Origin: Lama glama
Taxonomy: Eukaryota
Assembly: GCA_028534125.1 (NCBI GenBank)
Contig: CM052818.1
Span: forward strand, 39,124,001 to 39,188,000
Reading direction: 5' to 3'
Length of the DNA stretch: 64,000 bases
The first letter of the stretch is position 1. Each line of letters opens with the position of its first letter. Below the pieces are notes generated by a model. It saw nothing but the letters and a program-made list of their open reading frames with translations. It ran no database searches and had not been told where the DNA came from. Shown here in pieces: positions 46,084-56,610 of this stretch. A program made the position numbers and the translations under genes.

Positions 46084-46205
46084 GGGGGAGGTGGGTATAG
46101 CTGAGTGGTAGAGTGCACGCTTAGCATGCACAAGGTCCTGGATTCCATCCCCAGTACCTCCATTAAAAAATAAAAGTAAAAAATAAATATGTGTTTTAAA
46201 ACACC
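46084..46205 (+). mobile_element. Vic-1-like tRNA-Ala SINE with 13-bp TSD
   Basis: ggtatagctgagtggtagagtgcacgcttagcatgcacaaggtcctggattccatccccagtacctcca. TSD tgacagtgttatt at 46071-46083 and 46206-46218. Confidence 0.9.
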
Positions 46206-47807
46206 TGACAGTGTTATTATTCACATGGAAGAAAAATACATAAGAAAAGACTATTCTGAAAAGGAAGAACAGAGAAGGGGACCTTATCTTTCCAGATATC
46301 AAAATATGTTATGAAGCTTATGAATTAAAAGCAATGTAGGAATAAATAGACAAATAGACCAATGGAATAAAACAGTGAGTGCAGAAACAGACCCTTGAAT
46401 ATATAAGAATTAAGCATATGATAAAGTTGGTATTTCAAATAAATGAAAAAACATTTAATTGAAAACACTGGGAGAAATGACAGCAAAAAATGAAAATCAA
46501 GTTTAATCCCTACTTTGCACCATTCATAACAAAAAAAACTCTACTTAAAGAACATAACTTTTTTTTAACTACAAAAAGAACTAGGAAAATATGAGATTAT
46601 TTTTATGGTTTTGGGATAGAGAAAGCTTGTGAAATAAATAAAATTTTTTGATAGAAATAAATTATTCTAAAATTTAGGTGAAAATACAAAGGAACTAGAA
46701 TTGTTAAAACAATTTTGTAGAAGAAAAAATATAGTGAGAATCAGTCTACCCAATTTCTAAGACATTCTACAGCTATGGTAATTAAGGCTGTGTGTGGTGC
46801 TGACAGAGGGACAGACACACGGATCAATGGAACAGAACAGAGAATCTAGAAACAGACCCACACAGGAATGCCCAACAGATTGTGACAAAGGTGTAACAGC
46901 AATCCAGCAGAGGAAGGGGAGTCTTTGAGACAAATGGGGCTGGAAAAACTGGACATCCTTGGGCCAGAAATATAACCTTGACCTAAACCCCACACCTTAC
47001 CCAAAAATTAACTCAAAATGGGTCACAAACTTAAATGTGAACCACAAAACTATAAAACTTTTAGGAAAAATGATGGCAGAAGAGTCTCTGGGCTCTTGGG
47101 CTAAGCAGAGTTCTTAGCCATGACACCAAAAGCACTATCCATAAAAGAAAAAAACTGATGAATTGGACTTCATCAAAAGTAAGATCTTTTGCTTTGTGAA
47201 AGACCCATTAAGGGGGAAAGGATAAACTAAAGACTGGGAGAAAATGTCTGTAAAACACTTATCTCACAAAGGACTAGTATGTAGAATATATAAAGCCATA
47301 TCAGAACTGAACAGTAAAAAAAAAATAATTCAAAAATGGGCACAAGACATGAACAGACATTTCACCGTAGAGAATATATTTGTGGTAATTAAGCACACGA
47401 AACGATGTTCAACATCCTTAGCCATTAGGGAAATGCCCATTAAAACCACACAAGACATCACTACACTTCTATAAAGGCAGCTAAAATAAAAAATAGTGAC
47501 TACATCACCTGCTGACCAGGGTGGGAAGCAACTGGATCACTTACACTTTGCAGGTGGGAGTGTAAAATGGGATAGCCGTCAGAAAACAGCGTGACAGTTT
47601 CTTAAACAACTAAACATGCAACTATCATTCGACCTAACAATTGTGCTTTTGAACAATCTGTACACAGATGTTCATAGCAACTTTATTTGTAACAGCTCCA
47701 AGTGGGAAACAACCCAGATGTTCTTCAACAGAGTAACGGTTAAACTCACGAGGGAGGGGTGCGGATGCACCAGGGAATACGACTCGGCAATGAAAAAGGA
47801 ACAAACT

Positions 47808-47915
47808 GGGGGTGGTATAGCTCAGGGGCAGGGCTCATGCCTAGAATGCATGAGGTCTTAAGTTCAATTCCTAGTACCTCCATTAAAATAAATACACACA
47901 TACTTTTTTTTAAAA
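47808..47915 (+). mobile_element. Vic-1-like SINE (more diverged) inserted in L1
   Basis: ggtatagctcaggggcagggctcatgcctagaatgcatgaggtcttaagttcaattcctagtacctccattaaaa; degenerate TSD aaggaac/aaggaat. Confidence 0.85.
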
Positions 47916-49393
47916 CAAGGAATACATTATTGGTACATAAAACAACTGAAATGAATCTCCAGGGAATTATGCCGTGTGAAGAAAGCCAATCCCAAAAGGT
48001 TACACACTGGATGAGTCTATTTATTGAACATTCTGGAAAGGACAGAATTATAGAAATGGAGAACAGATTAGCCACTGCCAGAATTAAGGATAGGGTGGCA
48101 GTAGGGTGGGGAGGGGAAGAAAGAAACGGATATGGCTATAAAGGGGCAACACGGGGCTTTTTGTAGTGAGGGAATTATTCTATATCTTGACTACATTAAG
48201 GTCGATATCCTGGTTGTGATATTGTACTATAGTTTTGCAAGATGTTACCACTGGAGAAAACTGGGTTAAAAAAAAAGGGCACACGAGATCTCTCTGTATT
48301 ATTTCTTTGAACTGCATGTAAATCTACAATTATCTCAAGATTAAAAAGCTCAACTAAAACAACTACAAAAGAATTAAAAGAAAATATAAGATACTACTTT
48401 CATGGATTTATGACAGGGAAAGCTTATGAAATAAAACAACAACACAAAAGCCATGAAAGAAGATGTCAATTAATTCAACCACAGCAAAGGACACCATAAA
48501 CAAAACTGAAAGCAAGCAACCAGCTAAGAAAAACCTTTGCAATAGTTACAGTATACACATATTCATATTCAAAATATGTATCTATTTTAAATCAGTATGA
48601 AAAAGTAAACAAGGCACAAAGAAACAGGTTAAAGGTTATGAAAGGACAATTCACAGAAGGAGAAATTCAAATGCTCCGGGAACCTATGATATGTAATATT
48701 TCCAATAATAAAATAAATGTAAATTAAAATAAAAATGTAAAAGAAATGTAAATTAAAATAAAACTTTTTATTCTATCAGACAAGCAAAAGAGAAAGTTTG
48801 ATGGGTCTAGGGCTGGTGAAGATGGGGGTATTCTCATATTCTGTTGGTGGGAGTATAAATTGGTAGAATCACTTTGGAGGGCAACTGAAGCAACTGTTAT
48901 GCTTTAAAATGCACTTACCTTATGACCCAGTAACATGCTTCCTGATTCATCCTCAGAGAAACAGTCCTGTGTGCCTGAGGCAGCAGGTAAAGGGTCCTTC
49001 CTGCAGCCTTCTCTTATCACAGCGAAGAATTGGAAATGATCTAGCTGTCTGTCACCAGGGGAATGATTACGTAAACTCCGGTGCCTCGATGCCACGGAAT
49101 ACTGCGTGTACAGCAAGTTGGAAGTAGCAACAACAAGTGGCTAAATAATACAGACAGAATGCTAGATACCAGTCATGTAAACACACGCACAGTTTCTGGA
49201 GGTGATTTTCATTTTACATTCATGACCGCAGACCTCAAATGATCATGCAACACAACCTGGTAATCCTAAAATGTTTCTCTTGTAAGTTTATTTTCTTTTT
49301 CCAAAATGTCTCTTTTGTATCTTCTCTCTCACCTCACATCTCCCACATCCCCTCCTCACTTCACAGCCAGCTGATGACCTTAATCCTTCCACC

Positions 49394-50040
49394 AAAAAAA
49401 AAAAAAAAAGAAAGAAAAAGAAAAAGAAAAAGAAAGAAAGAAACTAGAATTACCATAGGATCCAGCAATCCCACATCAGTTTACACATCTAAAAGATTGA
49501 AAGTAGGGATATTTGCACACCCACGTTCATAGCCCCGTTACTCACAAGAGCCAAAAGCTGGAAACAACCCAAATGCCCACTGACAGAGGCATGGATAAAC
49601 AAAATGTGGTTTATCTATATAATGAAATATTTTCCAGCTTTAAAAAGGAAGGAAACTCTGATATATGCCACAACATGGATGAACTTTGAAAACATGTTTA
49701 AGTGAAATAAACCAGACACAAAAGGACACATACTAAACAACTCCACTTATACGAGGTACCTAGTGTAGGCGAATTTGTAGAGACGAAAAGTAGAATAGAG
49801 GTTACCAGGGCCTGAGGGAGGGAGGATTGGGGCGTTCTTATTTAATGGGTACAAGTTTTCTATTTGGGATGATTAAAAAGTTCTGGAAATGGACCGTGGT
49901 GATGTTTGTACAACATTGTGAATATATTCAATGCTACATTGTAATTTTTGTAGAATTTTACAAAATTCTAGAGTCGTAAAACTAAAAAGGGTTAAAATGG
50001 TAAATGTAATGTGTGTTTTATCCCCTCACACACAGAAAAA
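49394..50040 (+). mobile_element. A/GAAA-rich tract followed by an L1MB-like 3' fragment
   Basis: tagaattaccataggatccagcaatcccac...gaaacaacccaaatgcccactgacagaggcatggataaacaaaatgtgg...caacatggatgaactttgaaaacat...gaggttaccaggg. Confidence 0.85.
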
Positions 50041-51202
50041 GGGGAGGGGATTTATTATCAGTCTTTCCTCCTGCTGTATAGCAGGGCACACCCAGCCTAT
50101 TAGGAGGGGTTTTTTAAACCTCCCTTGTCTTCAAAGACATCTCCTGCCCCAGCCGACTCTGAAATATAGGTGAAGTGTAAGACATCTGGCACTAGGAGCG
50201 GGGAGCTGTGTTGGATAACTGGGTCCTCAATGGGCATCAGCTGTGAGCCCCCCTGCACCCTGGATTCTGCACACTTCGTGCTCCAGTGATTTCTGCCCGT
50301 CTCCAGGAGTCCTGCGGTATTTGGAGCCACAGAGGATCCAGGCCTCCTGTGCCCCTTGGCATACCAACAACCAAGGCAGTCACCACAACCAAGATGACAA
50401 AACTTTTGCCAGCACAGAGGAAGTGGCAGGGTGGTCTATGGGGAACTCGTCAATTTATGGCTTGTCCCAGCCCAATCTCTGGCCTGCACATGTCCAGGTT
50501 TTAAGCCTGCTCCGTGCAGCTGAGGTTTGCATCAGGATCTGCCAGGCAGCCCCAGCAAACTAAGCCATGAAAACTAAACGGCCTTTGGCTCCTGAGAAGA
50601 TTTTATACATCCCGCCAGACTCTCACAGCCCACATCTACCCGCCACCACGTGCTTCAGGGAACGCAGGGGCAGTAAATCAAATTAATCTGGTGAAGTTCC
50701 CTCACTTAATGGAGCACGTGTACTCCATCAAAAATGGCTACACAGCGAGAGACTTCTAAGTGAACCTCATTTCCCCACTGATTTTCATCCTAAAATCAGG
50801 AATGTGTTCTTCTGTAGAAAAAATAATTGGCCATTTAGGCATGATTCCGCCCCCAGCTTTATTAAGGTATAATTAACAAATAACATTGTGTAGTTTTAAA
50901 GTGTACAACATGATGATTTGACATAAATACGCATTGTGAAATGATTTCCACAATCAAGTTAATAACCCCATCCATCACCTCACATAGCTACAATCTTTTC
51001 CCCGTGTGGTGAGAATGCTTAAAATCTATTCTTTTAGCAAATTCAAGTATACAGTAGCATATTATTAACCGTAGTCACTATACTGTACATTAGACCCTCA
51101 GAAGTTATTCATCTTGTAACTGAAAGTTTATAACATTTGACCTTTATCTCCCCTTTTCCCCACTTGCTCCCCCAGCCCCTGCAAACCACCATTCTACTTT
51201 CT

Positions 51203-51868
51203 TTTTTTTTTCTTTTTTTTTTTACATTTTTATTGATTCATACTCATTTTACAGTGTTGTGTCAAATTCCAGTGTTCAGNNNNNNNNNNNNNNNNNNNNN
51301 NNNNNNNNNNNNNNNNNNNNNNNNNNNNNNNNNNNNNNNNNNNNNNNNNNNNNNNNNNNNNNNNNNNNNNNNNNNNNNNNNNNNNNNNNNNNNNNNNNNN
51401 NNNNNNNNNNNNNNNNNNNNNNNNNNNNNNNNNNNNNNNNNNNNNNNNNNNNNNNNNNNNNNNNNNNNNNNNNNNNNNNNNNNNNNNNNNNNNNNNNNNN
51501 NNNNNNNNNNNNNNNNNNNNNNNNNNNNNNNNNNNNNNNNNNNNNNNNNNNNNNNNNNNNNNNNNNNNNNNNNNNNNNNNNNNNNNNNNNNNNNNNNNNN
51601 NNNNNNNNNNNNNNNNNNNNNNNNNNNNNNNNNNNNNNNNNNNNNNNNNNNNNNNNNNNNNNNNNNNNNNNNNNNNNNNNNNNNNNNNNNNNNNNNNNNN
51701 NNNNNNNNNNNNNNNNNNNNNNNNNNNNNNNNNNNNNNNNNNNNNNNNNNNNNNNNNNNNNNNNNNNNNNNNNNNNNNNGATTTCCTTCTGGGTACAAGC
51801 CCAGGAGTGGGATTCCTGGGTCATATGGTAAGTCTATTCCTAGTCTTTTGAGGAATCGCCACACTGTT
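51203..51868 (-). mobile_element. Young 5'-truncated camelid-type L1 with 14-bp TSD; spans the assembly gap
   Basis: Poly-T tail from 51203. Antisense peptide MWRFLKRLGIDLPYDPGIPLLGLYPEG is the L1 ORF2 C-terminal region. Perfect TSD ccattctactttct at 51189-51202 and 51869-51882. Confidence 0.88.
51280..51779. other. Assembly gap (500 N)
   Basis: Run of exactly 500 N, probably a fixed-size placeholder. Confidence 0.99.
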
Positions 51869-52619
51869 CCATTCTACTTTCTGGTTCGATGTGTTTGGTC
51901 TTTTTTTTTTTTTTTAATTCAGCATATAAGTGATACCATATAGTATTTGTCTTTCTCTGTCTGGCTTATTCTCACTTAGCATAATATTCTCCAGATTCAT
52001 GCATGTTGTCACAAATGGCAGGATTTCCTACATTGGTGGCTGAATGATATTCCCGTGTGTGTGTATATGTGTGTGTGACATTTTCTTTATCCATTCATCC
52101 GTCAGCAGACACTCAGGTTGTTTCCATTTCTTGGCTATTGTAAACAAGGCTGCGATAAACATGAGAGTGCAGATATTTCTCTGGGATACTGATTTCATTT
52201 CCTTTGGATGTATACTCGGAAGTCCTACTGTTCATTTTTTGAGGAACCTCCATACTGTCTTCTGTAGCGGCTGTACCAATTGACGTTCCCACCAAGAGTG
52301 TACAGGTGTTTCTTTTCTGTACATCCTCCCTTGTCTTTTTGGTAACAGCCATCCTGACATGTTTGGAGTGACACCTCACTGTGGTTTTGATTTGCATTTC
52401 CTTGATGATTAGTGACGTTGAGTACATTTTCACATACCCATTGGCTGTTTGTGTGTTTTCTTTGGAAAAACATCTGTTTGGATCCTTTGCTCATTTTAAA
52501 ATCTGATGACTGCCTTTTTCTTCTGTTGATTCTTGATCCATTTTCCTTTAGTTCCCCTTAGTGCTTTATGATGAAAACAGCAGCTCAGAAAGAATTGACC
52601 TTTCTAAGATTTTCTTAGC

Positions 52620-53010
52620 CATCTGTTCATCCATCTCACATTTACTGAACACCCAAATGTAAGTGTCACTGAGAGTATGATGGTGAGCAGAACCAGTACA
52701 GTCCTTGCCTTCACAGAGCTTATAGTCGGTGAGAGAGCCAGACTTTTGACAAATAATCACACACAGAGAATATATACATAATAAAGAAAAAAGTGGGTGA
52801 GTCATGGGACCATTTAACAAGGCGGACATGATGACAGAAAGTTGAACTGAGGAAGTAAGTTGTCAGCTGAGGTCTAAAATATTCATTCATATATTTATTC
52901 ATTCATTCTCAACACATATTTATCGAGTGTTGACTTTGTCTCAGGCTCTGTTCTAGGCTATGGAGATACGGGGGTGAGCCAGCCAGCCAAAGTCACTGGC
53001 CTCGTGGTTT
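52620..53010 (-). mobile_element. Two L2 3'-end fragments
   Basis: catttactgaacacc...gtccttgccttcacagagcttatagtc; attcattcattctcaacacatatttatcgagtg...ggctctgttctaggc. Confidence 0.75.
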
Positions 53011-54499
53011 CCCTCTAGTCACAGTCAATGAGTGAACTTGGGCCTTGAGAGAGGCAGTCAGAGGGAGAGCAGGGGCCAAAGGAGCTCACGGGCCAGCCAA
53101 GCCCCGTGTGACTGGAGCCCAGGGAGGAAGAGAAGGGCAGGTACAGAGGGGACCGGACAGTGGGCAGGATCCCAGACCAGAGCCTATGCCTTAGGATGCC
53201 AGTAATGCAGTCACCGGAACATCTGTGTTAACACTTTCATTCCCAAACGCAGCCCACTGGTGACGGTGGTTTGCTGGGCTTGGCAAAGTCCTGATTGCCT
53301 CCGATGCTGTCTGAGGAACTGGGTTTGGCTTTTCCATATACATGTATACAGCCTTAGCAAGCCAGCCGCCACAACATGCATTCCTAAGACACCCAAATTC
53401 CCTAGATGTTTTTCTGCGTCGTTCCTTCGAGAGCTTTTACGTGGTGTAACCATGCCACTTACTGACCGTGTGACCACGGGAAAGTTACACAACCGCGCTG
53501 AGCCTCAGATTCTTCCCTGTCCTAATGGGGATAATAATACCTCCACAGTGGGGTTGTTGTGGTGACTCATTGAATGAAATTGGAAAATCCATGTGAAATT
53601 GCTCTGCCCAGCCCCCGGAACTCAGTAGTCGTGCATCACGAATGTTATTTCCTCTCATTTACTCCTTATTCAATTTGGAGTTTTGTTAAGTGAATTTCTG
53701 TTCAGCCAGGGATGTCTGTTCTCAAATTACAGTAACTGCTACTTTCCGGGGCAAGAGGTTATTGGCAAGACTTCCTCTTGCAATGGTTCAGGAGCAGCCA
53801 GGGGAGATGAAGAGGGTCCTTTTTGAGTTATTGGGGTGAGACTCCATCTTGTAACAATGATGAAACCCAGGCCTTTGTCTTCCCTCTTTCTTGGGGACCA
53901 AAGTCATGTGCATGTATGTATGTGAGAGCACACCACGTGACCAAGACAGCGCTTTAAAGCCCATGCCTCTGGACGCCGGTCTCAGAACAAAGTAATTGCA
54001 TACAGACATTCCTTTTGATCACATTCTAATACCAATTTACAACTCTGCTTCCTTGTAACTCCAAAGAAAGCCCTAATCATGGAGTGCATACCAAAAATTA
54101 GAATTTTGGCTGTGCAGGCATGGGTGTCTCTAAGCGGGTATTTGTATAGGGGCAGTGAGAAGGTTTTCTAATGTTTAATTCTCCCCTAAATTAAGCTCTC
54201 CATGTGGCTAGTGGGATATTTTCAACTGAATGGCTGACTTGAGCACTGGAGGCAGAAGACAACTTTTTTGTGGTTTGCTTGAGGCCAGGCAGTTTTTCCA
54301 TTCTGTTCTTTTATTATGATCATGATTACTTCATTACCTACCCCTGATGGGGTTTCTTTGGGTCCCAGTCTGTTTTTAATAAGAAGCAGACTGAAAACAA
54401 AGTTTCAGTTGTGTTTGAAATCTTAAGCTTTTTTTCCCTTAAATAATAGGTTAAAAGTTTTATTTGTCTTCTGAGGTTGGCTCAGAAACGCTCTGACCC

Positions 54500-54668
54500 A
54501 AGTCCTTTGGGGCAGGGAGAAGTGGCATTAAGATTCTACCATCAAATGCAGAGTCCTGGGCTCTGCCCTCATCCACTGAATCCAAAGCTTCAGGGTGAGG
54601 CCCAGGAACCTGCGCTGTTAGCAAACACTCCAGGTGATTCTCGGGAATATTAAAGTTTGAGAACAATG
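54500..54668. mobile_element. MER5A-like hAT-Charlie element
   Basis: aaatgcagagtcctgggc...actgaatc...ggcccaggaacctgc...ctccaggtgattctc...aaagtttgagaac. Confidence 0.75.
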
Positions 54669-54694
54669 TAAAGAAGGAAAAACCCATCCGCAGT

Positions 54695-55100
54695 ATTTCT
54701 TTTTAATTGCAACGTAATTCAAATGCCATAAAGTTCACCGTCTGAAAGTGAACAACAATTCAGAGGTTTTTCATATACTCACAAGGTTGTGCAACCGTCA
54801 TCCTATCCGGTTTCAGAGCATTTCTGACCTCCCTCAAAGAAACCCATACCTATTAGCAGTCAGCCCTGATTTTCCCCTCCCCCAGCCTCTGGCAACTGTT
54901 AACCTATTTCCTGTTTCTATGACTTTGCCTATTCTGGATAATTCCTAGAAATTATACCATGTGATTTGTGACTTTTTGTGTCTGGCTTCTTTTCAAGGTT
55001 TTCCATCTTGTAGCATATATCAGTGCTTAGTTCCTTTTTGTTGCTGAGTAATATTCCACTACACAGATATTCATGTTTTGTTTAACTATTAATCAGTGGA
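54695..55100 (-). mobile_element. L1MB/ME-like 3' fragment
   Basis: aggttgtgcaaccgtc...cccagcctctggcaactgttaacctatttcctgtttctatgactttgcctattctgga...gctgagtaatattcca. Confidence 0.8.
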
Positions 55101-55706
55101 TTATTAATCAGTATCTGCTGAGTACCATTTATGTGCATGACAGTCTGCTGGGCTGCCCAGGAGATGGAGATGAGTTCTCTAGTAGTGCAGGGGATCAAGA
55201 AGAGGGAATGAGGAATATAGCATCTAGCACAAAGCAGAATGAATGAATGAGTGAATGAAAGAATGAGATGCCACACACAGGAAAAGAAAGTTAACCGGGA
55301 GAGGCAGCAGGGTGCCCAGCGGGGTGGTGGAGAGGCTGCCCAAGCTCAGGACCAGCAGTGACAGTCACTCAGCCAGGTGTGAGGGCTTTTGCTGAAAACT
55401 GAGTCTGGGCCCTGGGGTGATGAGTCAGACATGACCCATCCACAGAGCTCATAGACTGTGAAGGAGGCAAAACATGGAGCCAGCATAATACAGGGTAGCT
55501 GTGCAGGGAGTGGGCAGGGGTGAGTGGAGGGGGAGGCCCTTCTGGCTCAGGGGTTGGGAAAGATGAAGGAGGAGGCAGCACTGGAGCTGGGCTTGGCAGC
55601 TTGGGTGGGACGTACATGGATGACAGTCAGTGGGAACAAGTGACCAAAAAATCAATGACAGATAGACTCAGGGACAGAGTTCCAGGACACCTGTTTTTAC
55701 TTTGAT

Positions 55707-55890
55707 CAGTTGTTCTCCACCCTGGCTGCCCCTCAGAGTCACCTGGAGGCTTCAGAAAAAATACCAAAGCCTGGGCCCCACCCCTAGAGACTTTGTTTTA
55801 ATTAAATTACTTTTGGGTGAGCACAGGCAGCAGCATTTATTAAAAGCCTCCCGGGTAACTCTAATGAGCTGCCAAAATTAAGAACCACTG
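55707..55890. mobile_element. MER5-type hAT-Charlie element
   Basis: TIRs cagttgttctc / agaaccactg; internal gagtcacctggag...gcctgggcccacccctagaga. Confidence 0.8.
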
Positions 55891-55957
55891 ACTCGAAGAT
55901 TCAAGGAGAGATGGTTGGACGTTAGCCTGGAGCGTTAGGTGGAGAGTGAACTGTAGG

Positions 55958-56090
55958 CAAGCTGACCACATAATTCATTGTCCAACCTGGGACACTTTTG
56001 TACAGGAGAGACGGTGCTATTAGTAGTTATGTCAGGACAGCAGAAATAACCTAGAGTGCCTCAGAGAAGCCAGACTATGTGGTCACCCTA
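55958..56090. mobile_element. MER94/MER81-like hAT-Blackjack element
   Basis: tgaccacataattcattgtccaacctgggacactttt...gtgctattagtagttatgtcaggaca...tggtcacccta. Confidence 0.75.
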
Positions 56091-56387
56091 ACCCCAGAAG
56101 ACCTTGAATGCAGGCTTTGAGATTTGAACTTCACCTCATCACAAATGGGAACCATTGAAGGTTCTGGAGCAGAACACGGACACCCGAAAAAATTGGTGCT
56201 CTAAGAAGATTAGGGAAGCAGCTGGCTGGGATAGAATGGAAAGGAGAACCTGGAGGCCAGAAGCCAGAGGAATTGGGGGAGGACTGAACTGGGGAAATGA
56301 GAAGGCAGTTAGGATGTAGAATGAGAAGCCCTTTCTTCTGACCACTCCAAAAATTGTCCACTTAAATAAAAATTGCATGTTTGCTAA

Positions 56388-56610
56388 AAAAACAACAAGG
56401 TCCTACTATATAGCATGGGAACTATATTCAATAGTTTGTAATAAACTATAGTGAAAAAGAATATATAAATGTGTAAGTGAATCACTATGCTGTACACTAG
56501 AAACTAACACATTGTAAATCAACAATATTTCAATTTTTAAAAAATGGTGTGCTTTGCTTGTGCACCTGAAACTGACATTGTAAATCAACCACATTTCAAT
56601 AAAAAAAAAT
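56388..56610 (+). mobile_element. Two tandem, severely 5'-truncated artiodactyl-type L1 3' ends
   Basis: aacaaggtcctactatatagcatgggaactatattcaata...gaatcactatgctgtacactagaaactaacacattgtaaatcaac...aaaa, then tgtgcacctgaaactgacattgtaaatcaac...aataaaaaaaa. Confidence 0.8.

Larger units (their letters stand above)
45780..49140 (+). mobile_element. Nested L1 cluster: old L1ME-like ORF2 remnant interrupted by an L1MC-like element (~46640-48360) and two SINEs
   Basis: ORF2-like segments (aatagacaaatagaccaatggaata; gatcaatggaacagaacagagaatctagaaacagacccacac; ggacttcatcaaaagtaag; aaatgggcacaagacatgaacagacatttcacc) and an L1MC-type 3' end (gatattgtactatagttttgcaagatgttaccactggagaaaactggg). No intact ORF. 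Confidence 0.85.
50855..52500 (-). mobile_element. Older L1 (L1MA-like) 3' portion, interrupted by a young L1
   Basis: cagctttattaaggtataattaacaaataac...gtgtacaacatgatgatttg; continues after 51882 with atagtatttgtctttctctgtctggcttatt...gatttgcatttcc. Confidence 0.85.

Noticed and set aside
31345..47915. Three tRNA-Ala-like sequences as genuine tRNA genes
   Set aside because: They have A-rich tails, TSDs and stem mismatches, so they are SINE retrocopies.
51137..51943. ORFs of 180-268 aa
   Set aside because: Artefacts of translating through the 500-N gap; the flanks are L1.
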